DNA of 64,000 nucleotides, taken from contig JANLHP010000013.1 in assembly GCA_024654445.1 (NCBI GenBank), positions 26,528 to 90,527 of the forward strand, read 5' to 3'. Within the stretch, counting starts at the first letter, position 1, and the number at the start of each line of letters is the position of its first letter. This document shows, piece by piece, positions 47,288 to 56,544 of this stretch. The stretch is from Candidatus Curtissbacteria bacterium. Lineage in GTDB: Bacteria; Patescibacteriota; Microgenomatia; Curtissbacterales; GWA2-41-24. The translations under genes and the position numbers were made by a program. The notes beneath the pieces are model-generated. The model was given only the letters and a program-made list of their open reading frames with translations, did no database searches and was not told where the DNA came from.

Positions 47288-47712
47288 CTATTTTCCCGAA
47301 TTAAGTTGTAAGCGCTGGAAGTGAGCAACATCGTAGATTGCGGTTATTAGCGAGGCACTCCCGGGTCCAACGTCTCTGAGACCTATTATTGAGTTTCTAT
47401 CCCTCTCCAATAATTTATCTATTGTGTCAATCTTGTTTTTTATGATCAATGTTCGAACCGGGCCGGTGATGACCCTTTCCGAGAGTTGAGGAATGACTGC
47501 GAGCACGGAGTTGTCGTCGTACCATTTGAATTGGGCTTTACAGAGTTGTTGCCAAGATTTATATGCTCCTGAACTATACCTTTTCCAGGTTGGATATTCT
47601 TCCAATTCTGCTGCGAGTTTTGATTGGGCTTCTTTCAGAGTTTGCGGGGGCGTTTCGGTGAGAGTTGTTGGTGGGTAACTCTATCTATTTCCGGTCTTTG
47701 TCGTTCTGCCAT
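47288..47712 (-). pseudogene. Frameshifted gene with RNA polymerase alpha-CTD/HhH-like C-terminus
   Basis: The frame from ATG 47712 (MAERQRPEIDR) stops early; the second frame carries ...R.LI.KNKI.TI..LL......I.GLRDVG..S. Confidence 0.45.
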
Positions 47713-47804
47713 TAAAGAGTAAAGTTATCAGAAAGAGTGGAGCAGATCAATCTCTAGATTTTGGGTGCGCTTGTTTGGTAAACTGAAAAAAATCTCCCCA
47801 AAAA

Positions 47805-48854
47805 ATGATATCGCGCCGGATTTTCATTATTATCACTATTGCCGTCGTCGGAGCCGCTGGAGCTCTCGTTATTATAAGGAGAGATGGGACGGAATTAGTT
47901 CGATCGATTTTGCCGGATGTTCCTGGAGCAGTTAATCCCACGCCAAGCCCCTTTCCTTTTCAGGAATTGACGATTCCGTATCTGAAAAGCAGAAAATATG
48001 ACAGTAATTTAGGAAGTCTGGAAAGGGTAAGTGAGAACGCAAACTATATTTCATATTTAACAAGTTATGAGTCTGATGGTCTAAGGATTAATGCTCAGTT
48101 AACGGAACCTAAGGGTCCAAGACCTGAGGGAGGTTGGCCAGCGGTTATCTTTATTCATGGCTACATTCCTCCAGGGCAGTATCAAACGCTCACGAATTAT
48201 TCATCTTACGTTGACTATCTTTCCAAAAACGGGCTTGCGGTTTTTAAGATAGATCTTAGGGGACACGCAAATTCGGAAGGAGAACCAGGTGGGGCCTATT
48301 ATTCTTCGGATTACGTAATTGATGCCCTGAACGCTTATTCTGCTTTGCAGAAAGCGCAGTTTGTTAATCCTGACAAAATTGGTTTGTGGGGACACAGTAT
48401 GGCGGGCAACGTGGTCTTTAGGAGTTTAGCCGCAAAACCGGAAATTCCGGCGGTCGTGATTTGGGCGGGTGCGGGATACACATATTCGGATATCCGGGAG
48501 TTCGGAATTGACGATGACAGTTACCGGCCTCCGCCAAGCGATACGGAGAGGCAAAGAAGAAGAAGGGAGCTATTTGATACTTACGGAGATTTTAACGCCG
48601 AGAGTTCTTTTTGGGAGCAGGTTGCACCGACCAATTATTTGGGGGAGATGAAAGGGGCTGTACAGCTTAACCACGCGACGAACGACAACGTTGTCAGTGT
48701 TCGATATAGCCGGAATCTGACAAATCTTCTTAAGGATGCCGGAGTTCGTCACGAATTGCACGAGTACGGTGGTGGTGGGCACAATTTTTCCGGTGCTTCA
48801 TTTAATGCTGCTATGCAGAATACAGTTACTTTTTTCCAAGAGAACCTTCGGTAA
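47805..48854 (+). CDS. Secreted alpha/beta hydrolase, paralog of 38000
   Basis: HGYIPP, DLRGH, GHSMAG, H...D.VV and GHN. Confidence 0.9.
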   Translation: MISRRIFIIITIAVVGAAGALVIIRRDGTELVRSILPDVPGAVNPTPSPFPFQELTIPYLKSRKYDSNLGSLERVSENANYISYLTSYESDGLRINAQLTEPKGPRPEGGWPAVIFIHGYIPPGQYQTLTNYSSYVDYLSKNGLAVFKIDLRGHANSEGEPGGAYYSSDYVIDALNAYSALQKAQFVNPDKIGLWGHSMAGNVVFRSLAAKPEIPAVVIWAGAGYTYSDIREFGIDDDSYRPPPSDTERQRRRRELFDTYGDFNAESSFWEQVAPTNYLGEMKGAVQLNHATNDNVVSVRYSRNLTNLLKDAGVRHELHEYGGGGHNFSGASFNAAMQNTVTFFQENLR

Positions 48855-49038
48855 TCTCTTAATAATTTCTTACAAACCTCTAACCTCAATCTAAAAATTT
48901 TGATCTAGAATACGCACAATCGGTAATTGTGCTTTTGAATATTCTCACCTTGATTTTTTGGATCATCGGTCAGAGTAACTAAGCAAAAAGGAGGTGATAG
49001 ATAGTTGGTGGACATTAGTAATCATTATAGACATTACT

Positions 49039-49245
49039 TATGAACGATATTGGAAGGACGCTTATTATTTTTGGATTTTTAATCTCATAGGAATTTTGGT
49101 GAGTGTTTCAGGCAAAATCCCATTAATTGGCCGATTGCCTGGAGACATTATTATAAAAGGGAAGGTTTTACATTTTATTTTCCGTTAACAACCTCGCTAA
49201 TCCTCAGTATAGTTTGTCCCTCGTTCTTAGATTTTTTAATAGATA
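49039..49245 (+). pseudogene. DUF2905-like small membrane protein, frameshifted
   Basis: MNDIGRTLIIFG / GKIPLIGRLPGDIII / FTFYFPLTTSLILSIV are in different frames. Confidence 0.7.
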
Positions 49246-49465
49246 GATTACGTTCAGCATATGTTCGCAACACGCAGATATGAGTCGCGAATTTTTGGAA
49301 GTGATACGAGACGTAGAAGCACTTGCAAGTGAACCTCAAGGTTTTGGCTTTGAAGGGGAATGGAGTAGCCGTTTGCAGCCGGTTCTGGTGCAAAATCAGC
49401 CGGGTGAGAGGCTACACAGCCATAAAGAAAGGACAATGGCCATTCCTCGCAGGCCAACGCGCGGC

Positions 49466-49600
49466 CGGATTTATCATGCCGGTTCAGGCAACAGCGGCCA
49501 TTTTTGGAGAAAAAAAGTGGGAACTTTTTGCGATTGATACTGGATACCAACTCGTTGCAGTTCTTGCGATGGGTGTTGTTCTAGCTATCTTATGGCAGGT
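49466..49600 (+). pseudogene. C-terminal fragment of DUF1761-like membrane protein
   Basis: GFIMPVQ....IFGEKKWELFAIDTGYQLV...AMG.VL; N-terminus absent. Confidence 0.6.
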
Positions 49601-49780
49601 GAAGAGGGACATTGGTTTGCAAATGCTGATCCTAAAACACCGGGAAAAACAGGAGATCGAGCTTTCTTTATTGATGAAACAGGTGTGATCCGCGCGACAG
49701 AAGGCGGAGAAGCAACTCCTGGCAGTAAACCCCTCGAGAACTAAGTATCTTCTTTTTGTTAAACTATTTCTTATGAATTT

Positions 49781-50254
49781 ATGAACAAACAACTTAAGCA
49801 CGAGGTTACGCCTTTGGGAATGCTAAATAATGCAAAGGTTTGGTACGTTTTGTACAGACAGAACATTTATTTGGGGACCCATCACAAAATAATAGCTATA
49901 TACTGCTTGTTGATTAGCTTTGAAATGTTTCTCAAGTCTTACCTAATTTATTTAAATAAAATGGAGTATTCCTGCGATTCAAATTTAGAGAAGCTAGGAC
50001 ACAAATTTGGAAATATTGTTAAGGCTATTAAAAAAGAAAAAGATGCTAGATTATCACCTCGGATAGACAGTCTTATTAAGAAGTATGATCTTATGTCTAT
50101 AGATACAAATAATCTTAGATATCCAAGAAAAGGTGACGAATTTTTAATCCATGCGGGATATCTTAGCCCACATAATGAATTTGACGAGTTGTTAGATGCT
50201 ATTGGAGGAGAGGTTAGTGGAGGTATTGTTGATAAATTTTACGATGAAACTTAA
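49781..50254 (+). CDS. Putative HEPN-domain protein
   Basis: Y....S.EMFLKSYL, GH.F..I and LRYP; AT-rich. Confidence 0.6.
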   Translation: MNKQLKHEVTPLGMLNNAKVWYVLYRQNIYLGTHHKIIAIYCLLISFEMFLKSYLIYLNKMEYSCDSNLEKLGHKFGNIVKAIKKEKDARLSPRIDSLIKKYDLMSIDTNNLRYPRKGDEFLIHAGYLSPHNEFDELLDAIGGEVSGGIVDKFYDET

Positions 50255-50287
50255 TCCATCATTTTTAATGAAGGGGAAAGTAAGAAT

Positions 50288-51496
50288 ATGAACCTATCTG
50301 TCGGTATTGTTGGACTACCCAACGTGGGGAAAAGCACGCTTTTTAATGCGCTTTTAAAGAAGCAGGTGGCTGACGCGCAGAATTATCCGTTTACGACGAT
50401 TGAACCAAACGTCGGCGTTGTTGAAGTTCCAGACCCACGTCTTTTCAAACTTGCAGACGTGGTAAAGAGCAGTGAGGGTTTAGCTCCGAATTTTAAGATA
50501 ATTCCAGCGGTTGTTAAGTTTGTAGATATTGCTGGTCTTGTTAAAGGTGCAGCAAGCGGCGAAGGATTAGGGAATCAATTTTTGTCGCATATTCGTGAGG
50601 TTGACGCGATTGTTTTTGTGTTGAGGGATTTTAGTGGAGAAGTTATTCGGGTGGGAAGTGAGAATCCCCAGGAAGATCTTGAGGTTCTAAAAACTGAACT
50701 TTTGATTAAGGATCTTGAGACTATTGATAAGCGAATTGATAGTTTAGGTAGGGAGTTGAAACCTCTTGGGCACCAAGATCCTAAGCATCAAGTTTTGGTG
50801 ACGATGCAAAAAGCGAAACAACTTGCTGAAGAGGGGAAGTGGCTGGGAGAAAATATGGACGAGGAAGAACTGGCGAAAATCCGTGAATTGCAGCTGCTTT
50901 CGACGAAGAAAACAATTGTTGTATTAAACACAGATGAGGGTAATCTCTCTGTTATTGCGAGTGAATCGAAGCAATCTCCAGATTCTGGATATACAGTGCC
51001 ATACGGTCCTCGTCCCTCGAGGACTCAGGACTCCGGGCCTAAAAGCCAGGATGACAAAAAAGAGATTGCCGCGGGCTCTTCGAGCCCTCGCAATGACAAT
51101 TATGTAAGGATAAGCGCGAAACTAGAACAGGAACTTTCGGACCTTGATGAGGAAGAGCAGGGAGAATACCTAAAAGAGCTTGGGATTGGCGAACCCGGAT
51201 TAAATCGTTTAATTAAAAATGCGTATGAAACTTTGGGGCTTATTACTTTTTTTACTGCCGGGCCAAAAGAAGTGCATGCGTGGACGACAAATAAAGGCGT
51301 ACTTGCACCGCAAGCTGCAGGAGTAATTCATACGGATTTTGAAAAAGGATTTATTGCTGCAGAAGTTATAGATTGGGAAACTTTAGTTGATGTGGGTGGA
51401 TGGCAGGCGGCAAAAGGGAAGGGACAAGTTAAGACTATCGGAAAGACAGAAGAAGTAAAGGATGGAATGGTTGTGGAGTTCAGGTTCAGTAACTAA
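50288..51496 (+). CDS. ychF: Redox-regulated ATPase YchF with a 49-aa repeat-derived insertion
   Basis: [48 protein letters not shown] and IHTDF. Confidence 0.97.
   Translation: MNLSVGIVGLPNVGKSTLFNALLKKQVADAQNYPFTTIEPNVGVVEVPDPRLFKLADVVKSSEGLAPNFKIIPAVVKFVDIAGLVKGAASGEGLGNQFLSHIREVDAIVFVLRDFSGEVIRVGSENPQEDLEVLKTELLIKDLETIDKRIDSLGRELKPLGHQDPKHQVLVTMQKAKQLAEEGKWLGENMDEEELAKIRELQLLSTKKTIVVLNTDEGNLSVIASESKQSPDSGYTVPYGPRPSRTQDSGPKSQDDKKEIAAGSSSPRNDNYVRISAKLEQELSDLDEEEQGEYLKELGIGEPGLNRLIKNAYETLGLITFFTAGPKEVHAWTTNKGVLAPQAAGVIHTDFEKGFIAAEVIDWETLVDVGGWQAAKGKGQVKTIGKTEEVKDGMVVEFRFSN
50951..51097 (+). repeat. Nested palindromic element in frame in ychF
   Basis: GTTATTGCGAG...CTCGCAATGAC ends, 147 bp. 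Confidence 0.88.
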
Positions 51497-51876
51497 TATG
51501 CAATATTGCCGCTGTTGAATACACGGAGAGCTTTACCGTCTCGATTTTGGAAACGGGTAACGTAGGAGCCGTCTTCTTGGCGTTGGTAAGCAAACGAAGT
51601 TACATTGAGAAAAGGTCTTAATTCCCCTGTGCGAGAATTTTTGCCGGAAACTGTAAGCCTGATAGTACCTGTCTCTTCTTGAGAAGGTGGTTTGGAAACT
51701 TCGAAAGTGTAGAGTCCTTTGCCTGTAAAAAGATACCTTCCTTCCAACATTTTTCCTTGCCATGCGGGTAAGAGTCGTTGGAGTTCTGCCGGGTCGAACT
51801 CGCTAAGGTCCATCGTGGTAGATTTTTTATCCTCTGTGGTGGTAGCGCCCTTTATTTCTGCTTGTTCCGTTGTCAT
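51493..51876 (-). CDS. Hypothetical protein
   Basis: 127-aa ORF, no motif recognised. Confidence 0.5.
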   Translation of the reverse strand: MTTEQAEIKGATTTEDKKSTTMDLSEFDPAELQRLLPAWQGKMLEGRYLFTGKGLYTFEVSKPPSQEETGTIRLTVSGKNSRTGELRPFLNVTSFAYQRQEDGSYVTRFQNRDGKALRVFNSGNIAY

Positions 51877-52001
51877 TGAAGGAATTTATATCATTTCAGA
51901 CCTTGCCAATCAACTATCGAGGTTGAAGTTGAGGCTTATGTCTGATATCATTTCCCATACAGTTTTGCAGCCTCGAGCTGCATTTTAGTACTAATGTAAA
52001 T

Positions 52002-52475
52002 ATGGCATACGAGTTAATGGTGATTGGAAGCAGTTCCGCAGATGTCGACTCTCTTTTCAAAAAAGTTGAGGGGTTGGTTAAAGGTGTAAATGCAACCGAA
52101 ATTGTTTCGCAAAAATTGGGCAAAAAGCCTTTAGCGTATCCAATCAAAAGACAAACAGAGGCAGAATATTTTCTTTTCAATTTCGAGGTAGAAGGTGAAG
52201 CTGTTACTTCTATTTCCGAATCCTTAAGGCTTGAGCAGGAAGACGTTTTGCGTTACGTTATACTTAAGACAAAGGTAAAACCGGCTGATGCAAAAGGCGC
52301 AAAACTTGCAGTTGTTTCTGGTGGTGAAGCAATAGAGCCTCCAAAGAAAACCGAAAAGGTTAAGGTAGAAGTTAAAGCAAAGGAAGTAAAAGTATTACAA
52401 GTACCACAAGTATTAAAGGTAAAAGAGACGAGCACTAATTCGTCAGTGAAAACTGTGAAAGGAAAGAGTAAATAA
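52002..52475 (+). CDS. rpsF: 30S ribosomal protein S6 with Lys-rich tail
   Basis: YELMVI, G.K.LAYPIK and VLRY. Confidence 0.93.
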   Translation: MAYELMVIGSSSADVDSLFKKVEGLVKGVNATEIVSQKLGKKPLAYPIKRQTEAEYFLFNFEVEGEAVTSISESLRLEQEDVLRYVILKTKVKPADAKGAKLAVVSGGEAIEPPKKTEKVKVEVKAKEVKVLQVPQVLKVKETSTNSSVKTVKGKSK

Positions 52476-52478
52476 CCA

Positions 52479-53003
52479 GTGGGTAGCCGAGCTTCTCTAA
52501 ACAAAGTTTTATTGATAGGAAATCTGACAAGAGATCCGGAATTAAGGTATACGCCTTCGGGTGCTGCCGTTTGTTCTTTTGGAATTGCCACGAATAGGTT
52601 TTATGTTGCTGCCGATGGTACCAAAAAGGAAGAAGCAGAATTTATAAAAATAGTTTCCTGGAATAAACTTGCAGAACTTTGTTCTCAACTTCTTTCTAAA
52701 GGTAGAAAAGTCTACGTTGAGGGAAGACTGCAAACTAGAAGTTGGGAAACGCCAGACGGGCAAAATCGCCAAACGACAGAAGTAGTTATTGACGACATGA
52801 GAATTTTAGATTCGAGACGTGATGGCGAAGGTGGAGATTATGCAGATGTTGGGGCATCAGCTCCTTCAGCCGGACCCGAAACGGCGGCAGCAGCCCCGAG
52901 CGTTGAGGAACCGAAAAGTAATAAAAGCGAGGATAAGCCAAAAGCGCAGAAAAAGGAAGCAGCAGCCGAAGACGAAGTAGATCTCGATGATCTCCCGTTT
53001 TAG
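52479..53003 (+). CDS. ssb: Single-stranded DNA-binding protein
   Basis: LNKV.LIGNLTRDPELRYT, VEGRLQTR and DDLPF. Confidence 0.97.
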   Translation: MGSRASLNKVLLIGNLTRDPELRYTPSGAAVCSFGIATNRFYVAADGTKKEEAEFIKIVSWNKLAELCSQLLSKGRKVYVEGRLQTRSWETPDGQNRQTTEVVIDDMRILDSRRDGEGGDYADVGASAPSAGPETAAAAPSVEEPKSNKSEDKPKAQKKEAAAEDEVDLDDLPF

Positions 53004-53031
53004 AAGTTATAAGTTATAAGTCACAAGTTAT
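53004..53031. repeat. 7-mer tandem microrepeat
   Basis: (aagttat)x4 with variation. Confidence 0.75.
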
Positions 53032-53132
53032 AAATAATAATGCAAAAATTTAAATCAGTAGATCAATAAATTGCTCTCTGATATAAATCTTTTTTAAAAC
53101 AAAATTTATTATAATTGGATTAAGGTAGTTTT

Positions 53133-53360
53133 ATGCAAAAATTTATTAAGAAACAAAGAAAAGCTAAAAATTGTCCGCTTTGCGCGACAAATACGACCAT
53201 CGATTATAAAGATGGTGTTTTACTGAGGCGTTTTATTTCTGAAAGAGGTAAAATTCAAGGTAGGGCTAGAACCGGAGTTTGTGCTAAGCACCAGAGACAA
53301 GTTACAAGGGGAGTTAAGCTAGCAAGACACATGGCAATCTTGCCGTTTGTTCAATCTTAA
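53133..53360 (+). CDS. rpsR: 30S ribosomal protein S18
   Basis: IDYKD...[10 protein letters not shown]...RTG.CAKHQR. Confidence 0.96.
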   Translation: MQKFIKKQRKAKNCPLCATNTTIDYKDGVLLRRFISERGKIQGRARTGVCAKHQRQVTRGVKLARHMAILPFVQS

Positions 53361-53371
53361 AGATTAAATTC

Positions 53372-54628
53372 ATGCCCATAATAACACCAGGCAACATTCT
53401 TCCCAACCAAAATAAAGGTTCGGGTATTATTTCCTTTATCGCTCAGTTTGCAGTCGTCGCAATTATCTTTTTTGGAATCGGTTTTATTGCCGGCCAAAAG
53501 AAGATAGAAATCACCAACAGAAACTTCGTTCCTCATATAACTGTCCAAAATAAATTACCGCCCAAAGAACAAACTGTAGATTTCTCTCTTTTCTGGCAAG
53601 TCTTTGAAACTTTACCGGAAACATATCTCGATAAGAGCGCAATAGACGCGCAAAAAATGGTAAATGGCGCAATCGCCGGAATGGTAAGGTCTCTTGGTGA
53701 TCCTTACACTGTCTTTTTGGATCCAAAACAAAATGAGGCAATAAGAAGTGAGTTGTCTGGAACTTACGAGGGTGTTGGAATTCAACTTGGGTTTAATAAA
53801 GAAAAAAGGCTTGCGGTTATTGCTCCTCTTTCGCAAACTCCTGCAGAGCGTGCTGGGGTTTTACCGCAAGATTTGATTTTGAAAATTGGGGACAGAGAGA
53901 CGTTTGATGTGACGCTTCCGGAGGCTGTCGATTTAATTCGCGGACCCGCTGGAACGAAGATTAAGCTTCAAATTGCAAGAGAAGGGCAGACTGAACCTAT
54001 CGAGCTTGAGATGCAAAGAGAAAAAATCACAGTCAAAAGTGTAGAAGTTAATTTTAGAGACTTTGAAGGTAAAAAAGTTGCAATTCTTAAAGTATCACGG
54101 TTTGGTGAAACGACAGACAGCGAGTGGGACGAAGCGGTAAATAGGGTACAACTCGAAGGTGCAAAGGCTGTTGTTGTTGACATGAGAAATAACCCAGGCG
54201 GATTGCTTTCGTCTTCAGTACATCTTGCTTCGGAATTTGTGGGCGGCGTAATTGTTAAACAGCAATTTTCGGATGGAAGTGTAAGAAACTTGGACGAGGA
54301 TCATAACGGGGAACTTTTGAATATTCCTCTGGCGGTTCTAGTAAATGGTGGTTCGGCTTCGGCTGCCGAAATTTTTGCGGGAGCAATTCAAGACAAAAAT
54401 AGAGGGCAAATTGTAGGGGAGAAGACATTCGGCAAGGGAACAGTCCAGGACGCTTTAGAACTGCCTGGGAATGCTGGACTTCACGTTACCATCGCAAAGT
54501 GGCTTACACCAAAAGGAAATTCGATCCACAATGAAGGCATTACCCCGGATGTTACAATAGAGCCACCTCAGGGCCAAATGGGCCAAAGAGACGACCCCCA
54601 ACTTAATAAGGCACTCGAGGAATTGTAG
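53372..54628 (+). CDS. ctpA: S41 carboxy-terminal processing protease
   Basis: GDPYT, PDZ, DMRNNPGG, SASAAEI and TFGKG.VQ. Confidence 0.93.
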   Translation: MPIITPGNILPNQNKGSGIISFIAQFAVVAIIFFGIGFIAGQKKIEITNRNFVPHITVQNKLPPKEQTVDFSLFWQVFETLPETYLDKSAIDAQKMVNGAIAGMVRSLGDPYTVFLDPKQNEAIRSELSGTYEGVGIQLGFNKEKRLAVIAPLSQTPAERAGVLPQDLILKIGDRETFDVTLPEAVDLIRGPAGTKIKLQIAREGQTEPIELEMQREKITVKSVEVNFRDFEGKKVAILKVSRFGETTDSEWDEAVNRVQLEGAKAVVVDMRNNPGGLLSSSVHLASEFVGGVIVKQQFSDGSVRNLDEDHNGELLNIPLAVLVNGGSASAAEIFAGAIQDKNRGQIVGEKTFGKGTVQDALELPGNAGLHVTIAKWLTPKGNSIHNEGITPDVTIEPPQGQMGQRDDPQLNKALEEL

Positions 54629-54749
54629 AATAAAGTGCCTTGCGATAAGCAGAGCTTGCGATCCTCATTCTGCAATAGCAGAATTGCGGTTCTAAGTTCC
54701 ACACTATCGTGTGTATAACTATCTAAAGGCTCTTGAAGTTTTAAAATAA

Positions 54750-55865
54750 ATGTTTGACAGATTAAAGTTAAAAAACTTAACGGCTTTTCTGGTTATTGGT
54801 GCATTATGGGTACTGACTATCGTTGCGGCGCTCAGAGTTTTTGACGGCAACCTTGCCAACTTAAATATAGGCAATGGAAAACTCTCCCAAACCCAAAGAT
54901 TGGTCGAGGAGGAATCTGTTGTTATCGACGTTGTAGAAAAGGCTTCTCCGTCTGTTGTTTCAATTGCCATCGAGAATAGGCAACTCTTTACTCCATTTGG
55001 GGCGCGAGGCGAGAAAGAATCCGGAATAGGAACAGGCTTTGTTATTTCCAGCGACGGCTTAATTCTTACCAATCAACATGTTGTTTCTTTGGAGAATGAA
55101 AAATATATAGTCATTGTTACCAACGAGAAGGGTGACGAAAGAAAGCTTGAAGTAAAAGAAATTCACAAAGATCCGTTCAATGACCTTGCCATTATTAAAG
55201 TAGACGCAAATGATCTGGCGCCAATAGAGCTCGGAGACTCTGATCAAATCAAAGTTGGCCAAAAAGTCATTGCTATTGGAAATGCGCTGGGCATGCTTCA
55301 GAATACGGTTACAACAGGTGTTGTCTCGGGTCTTGGTCGTGGAGTCTCGCCCGTTGATCCAACGACGGGGATTGCAGAAAGACTTGAGGACCTGGTGCAA
55401 ACAGATGCTGCAATTAACCCAGGCAATTCGGGCGGGCCGCTTGTTAATTCTGCCGGCCAAGTTATTGCCATTAACACAGCTGTTGCTTCCGGTGAAAATA
55501 TCGGTTTTGCAATTAAGATTAATATCGCAAAACAGTTAATTGAAGATTTCAATAGATCGGGGGGCAGAATATCGAGACCTCTTCTTGGAATTCGTTATAC
55601 ACACGTTTCTCGCGACGTCGCAATTTTAAACGAGGTTCCTGAAGGTGAGCTGGTGCAAGAAGTTGTAAGTGGGTCGGCTGCAGCTGATGCTGGAATAAGA
55701 GTAGGGGACATTATCACTCATTTTGACGGGCAAAGACTTTCGGAAGAAACGAGACTTGCCCAAATTATCAGAGGTAAAAAAGTTGGAGAGAGTGTGAGTA
55801 TTCGAGTTTTTCGAGACGGGCAAACGATTGATCTGACGGCAACTTTAAAAGAAGCTTCGCAGTAA
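54750..55865 (+). CDS. htrA: HtrA/DegP-like serine protease with PDZ
   Basis: GTGF, TNQHV, DLA and QTDAAINPGNSGGPL. Confidence 0.93.
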   Translation: MFDRLKLKNLTAFLVIGALWVLTIVAALRVFDGNLANLNIGNGKLSQTQRLVEEESVVIDVVEKASPSVVSIAIENRQLFTPFGARGEKESGIGTGFVISSDGLILTNQHVVSLENEKYIVIVTNEKGDERKLEVKEIHKDPFNDLAIIKVDANDLAPIELGDSDQIKVGQKVIAIGNALGMLQNTVTTGVVSGLGRGVSPVDPTTGIAERLEDLVQTDAAINPGNSGGPLVNSAGQVIAINTAVASGENIGFAIKINIAKQLIEDFNRSGGRISRPLLGIRYTHVSRDVAILNEVPEGELVQEVVSGSAAADAGIRVGDIITHFDGQRLSEETRLAQIIRGKKVGESVSIRVFRDGQTIDLTATLKEASQ

Positions 55866-55870
55866 ACTTT

Positions 55871-56356
55871 TTAAATTATTCTTTCTAAGACTTCCTTAAA
55901 AAACCTGCCAATTACAAAGTAAATATTGGCCCAGATAAATGCGGCGATTGCCGTGTAGAGCCAGAACACCCTGTATGTTACTCCGAAAGTGCCAGCGACA
56001 ATTGGTGTTACAATCCTGAGTCCCGGGATAAGTCTGCCTATAACTATTGCTACTCCACCTCTTTTTTCAAACCATTTTTCTATCCGCTCAATTTTATTGG
56101 GAGTTATTTTTGTGTACTTGCTAAATTTTAGCAAAATCATATGACCAAAACGTCTTGCGAGGGTAAACAATATCGTTGAGCCACAGATGGTTGCGGCTAC
56201 AGTTGTTGCGATAATGAACAGGTAGTTGGAAGATGGGAGAGCTGCGGTTGTCGCGATGAAAATATCACCAGGGATTGGAAGAGGAATGCCTCCTTCTTCT
56301 AGAAAAAGGATAACGAAGAGGCCCAAATAGGAATAGCTTTCTAAAAAATTTAGCAC
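55871..56356 (-). CDS. DedA family protein
   Basis: E..GIP.P.PG and F.K.G...I..GR.IPG.R. Confidence 0.92.
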   Translation of the reverse strand: MLNFLESYSYLGLFVILFLEEGGIPLPIPGDIFIATTAALPSSNYLFIIATTVAATICGSTILFTLARRFGHMILLKFSKYTKITPNKIERIEKWFEKRGGVAIVIGRLIPGLRIVTPIVAGTFGVTYRVFWLYTAIAAFIWANIYFVIGRFFKEVLERII

Positions 56357-56385
56357 TTGTCGGTTAAATTATATTACCAAATAAT

Positions 56386-56460
56386 TTAGTCTCGTGCTTT
56401 TTCAAGATCTTCTATGACGCGGTCAAACTTAACATTAACAATTTCTTCAAGATTATGCCC
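56386..56460 (-). pseudogene. Orphan second copy of the prfA 3' end
   Basis: Reads GHNLEEIVNVKFDRVIEDLEKARD* versus prf[26 protein letters not shown]. Confidence 0.55.
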
Positions 56461-56534
56461 CACCAAACCTTACTTCAATCCTTTTTTGATACTATTCGTA
56501 TACGGATTGAAGAGCAGTTAAGGTGGGTAGGCAA
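56455..56534. repeat. Imperfect long hairpin downstream of prfA
   Basis: TGCC..ACC..ACCTTA CTTCAATCC ... GGATTGAAG ...TAAGGT GGGT AGGCA. Confidence 0.65.
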
Positions 56535-56544
56535 GATTTATTTG

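Noticed and set aside
54636-54695. Riboswitch between ctpA and htrA
   Set aside because: Only short palindromes (ATTCTGCAATAGCAGAAT) of the same kind as the other dispersed repeats; no aptamer consensus recognised.
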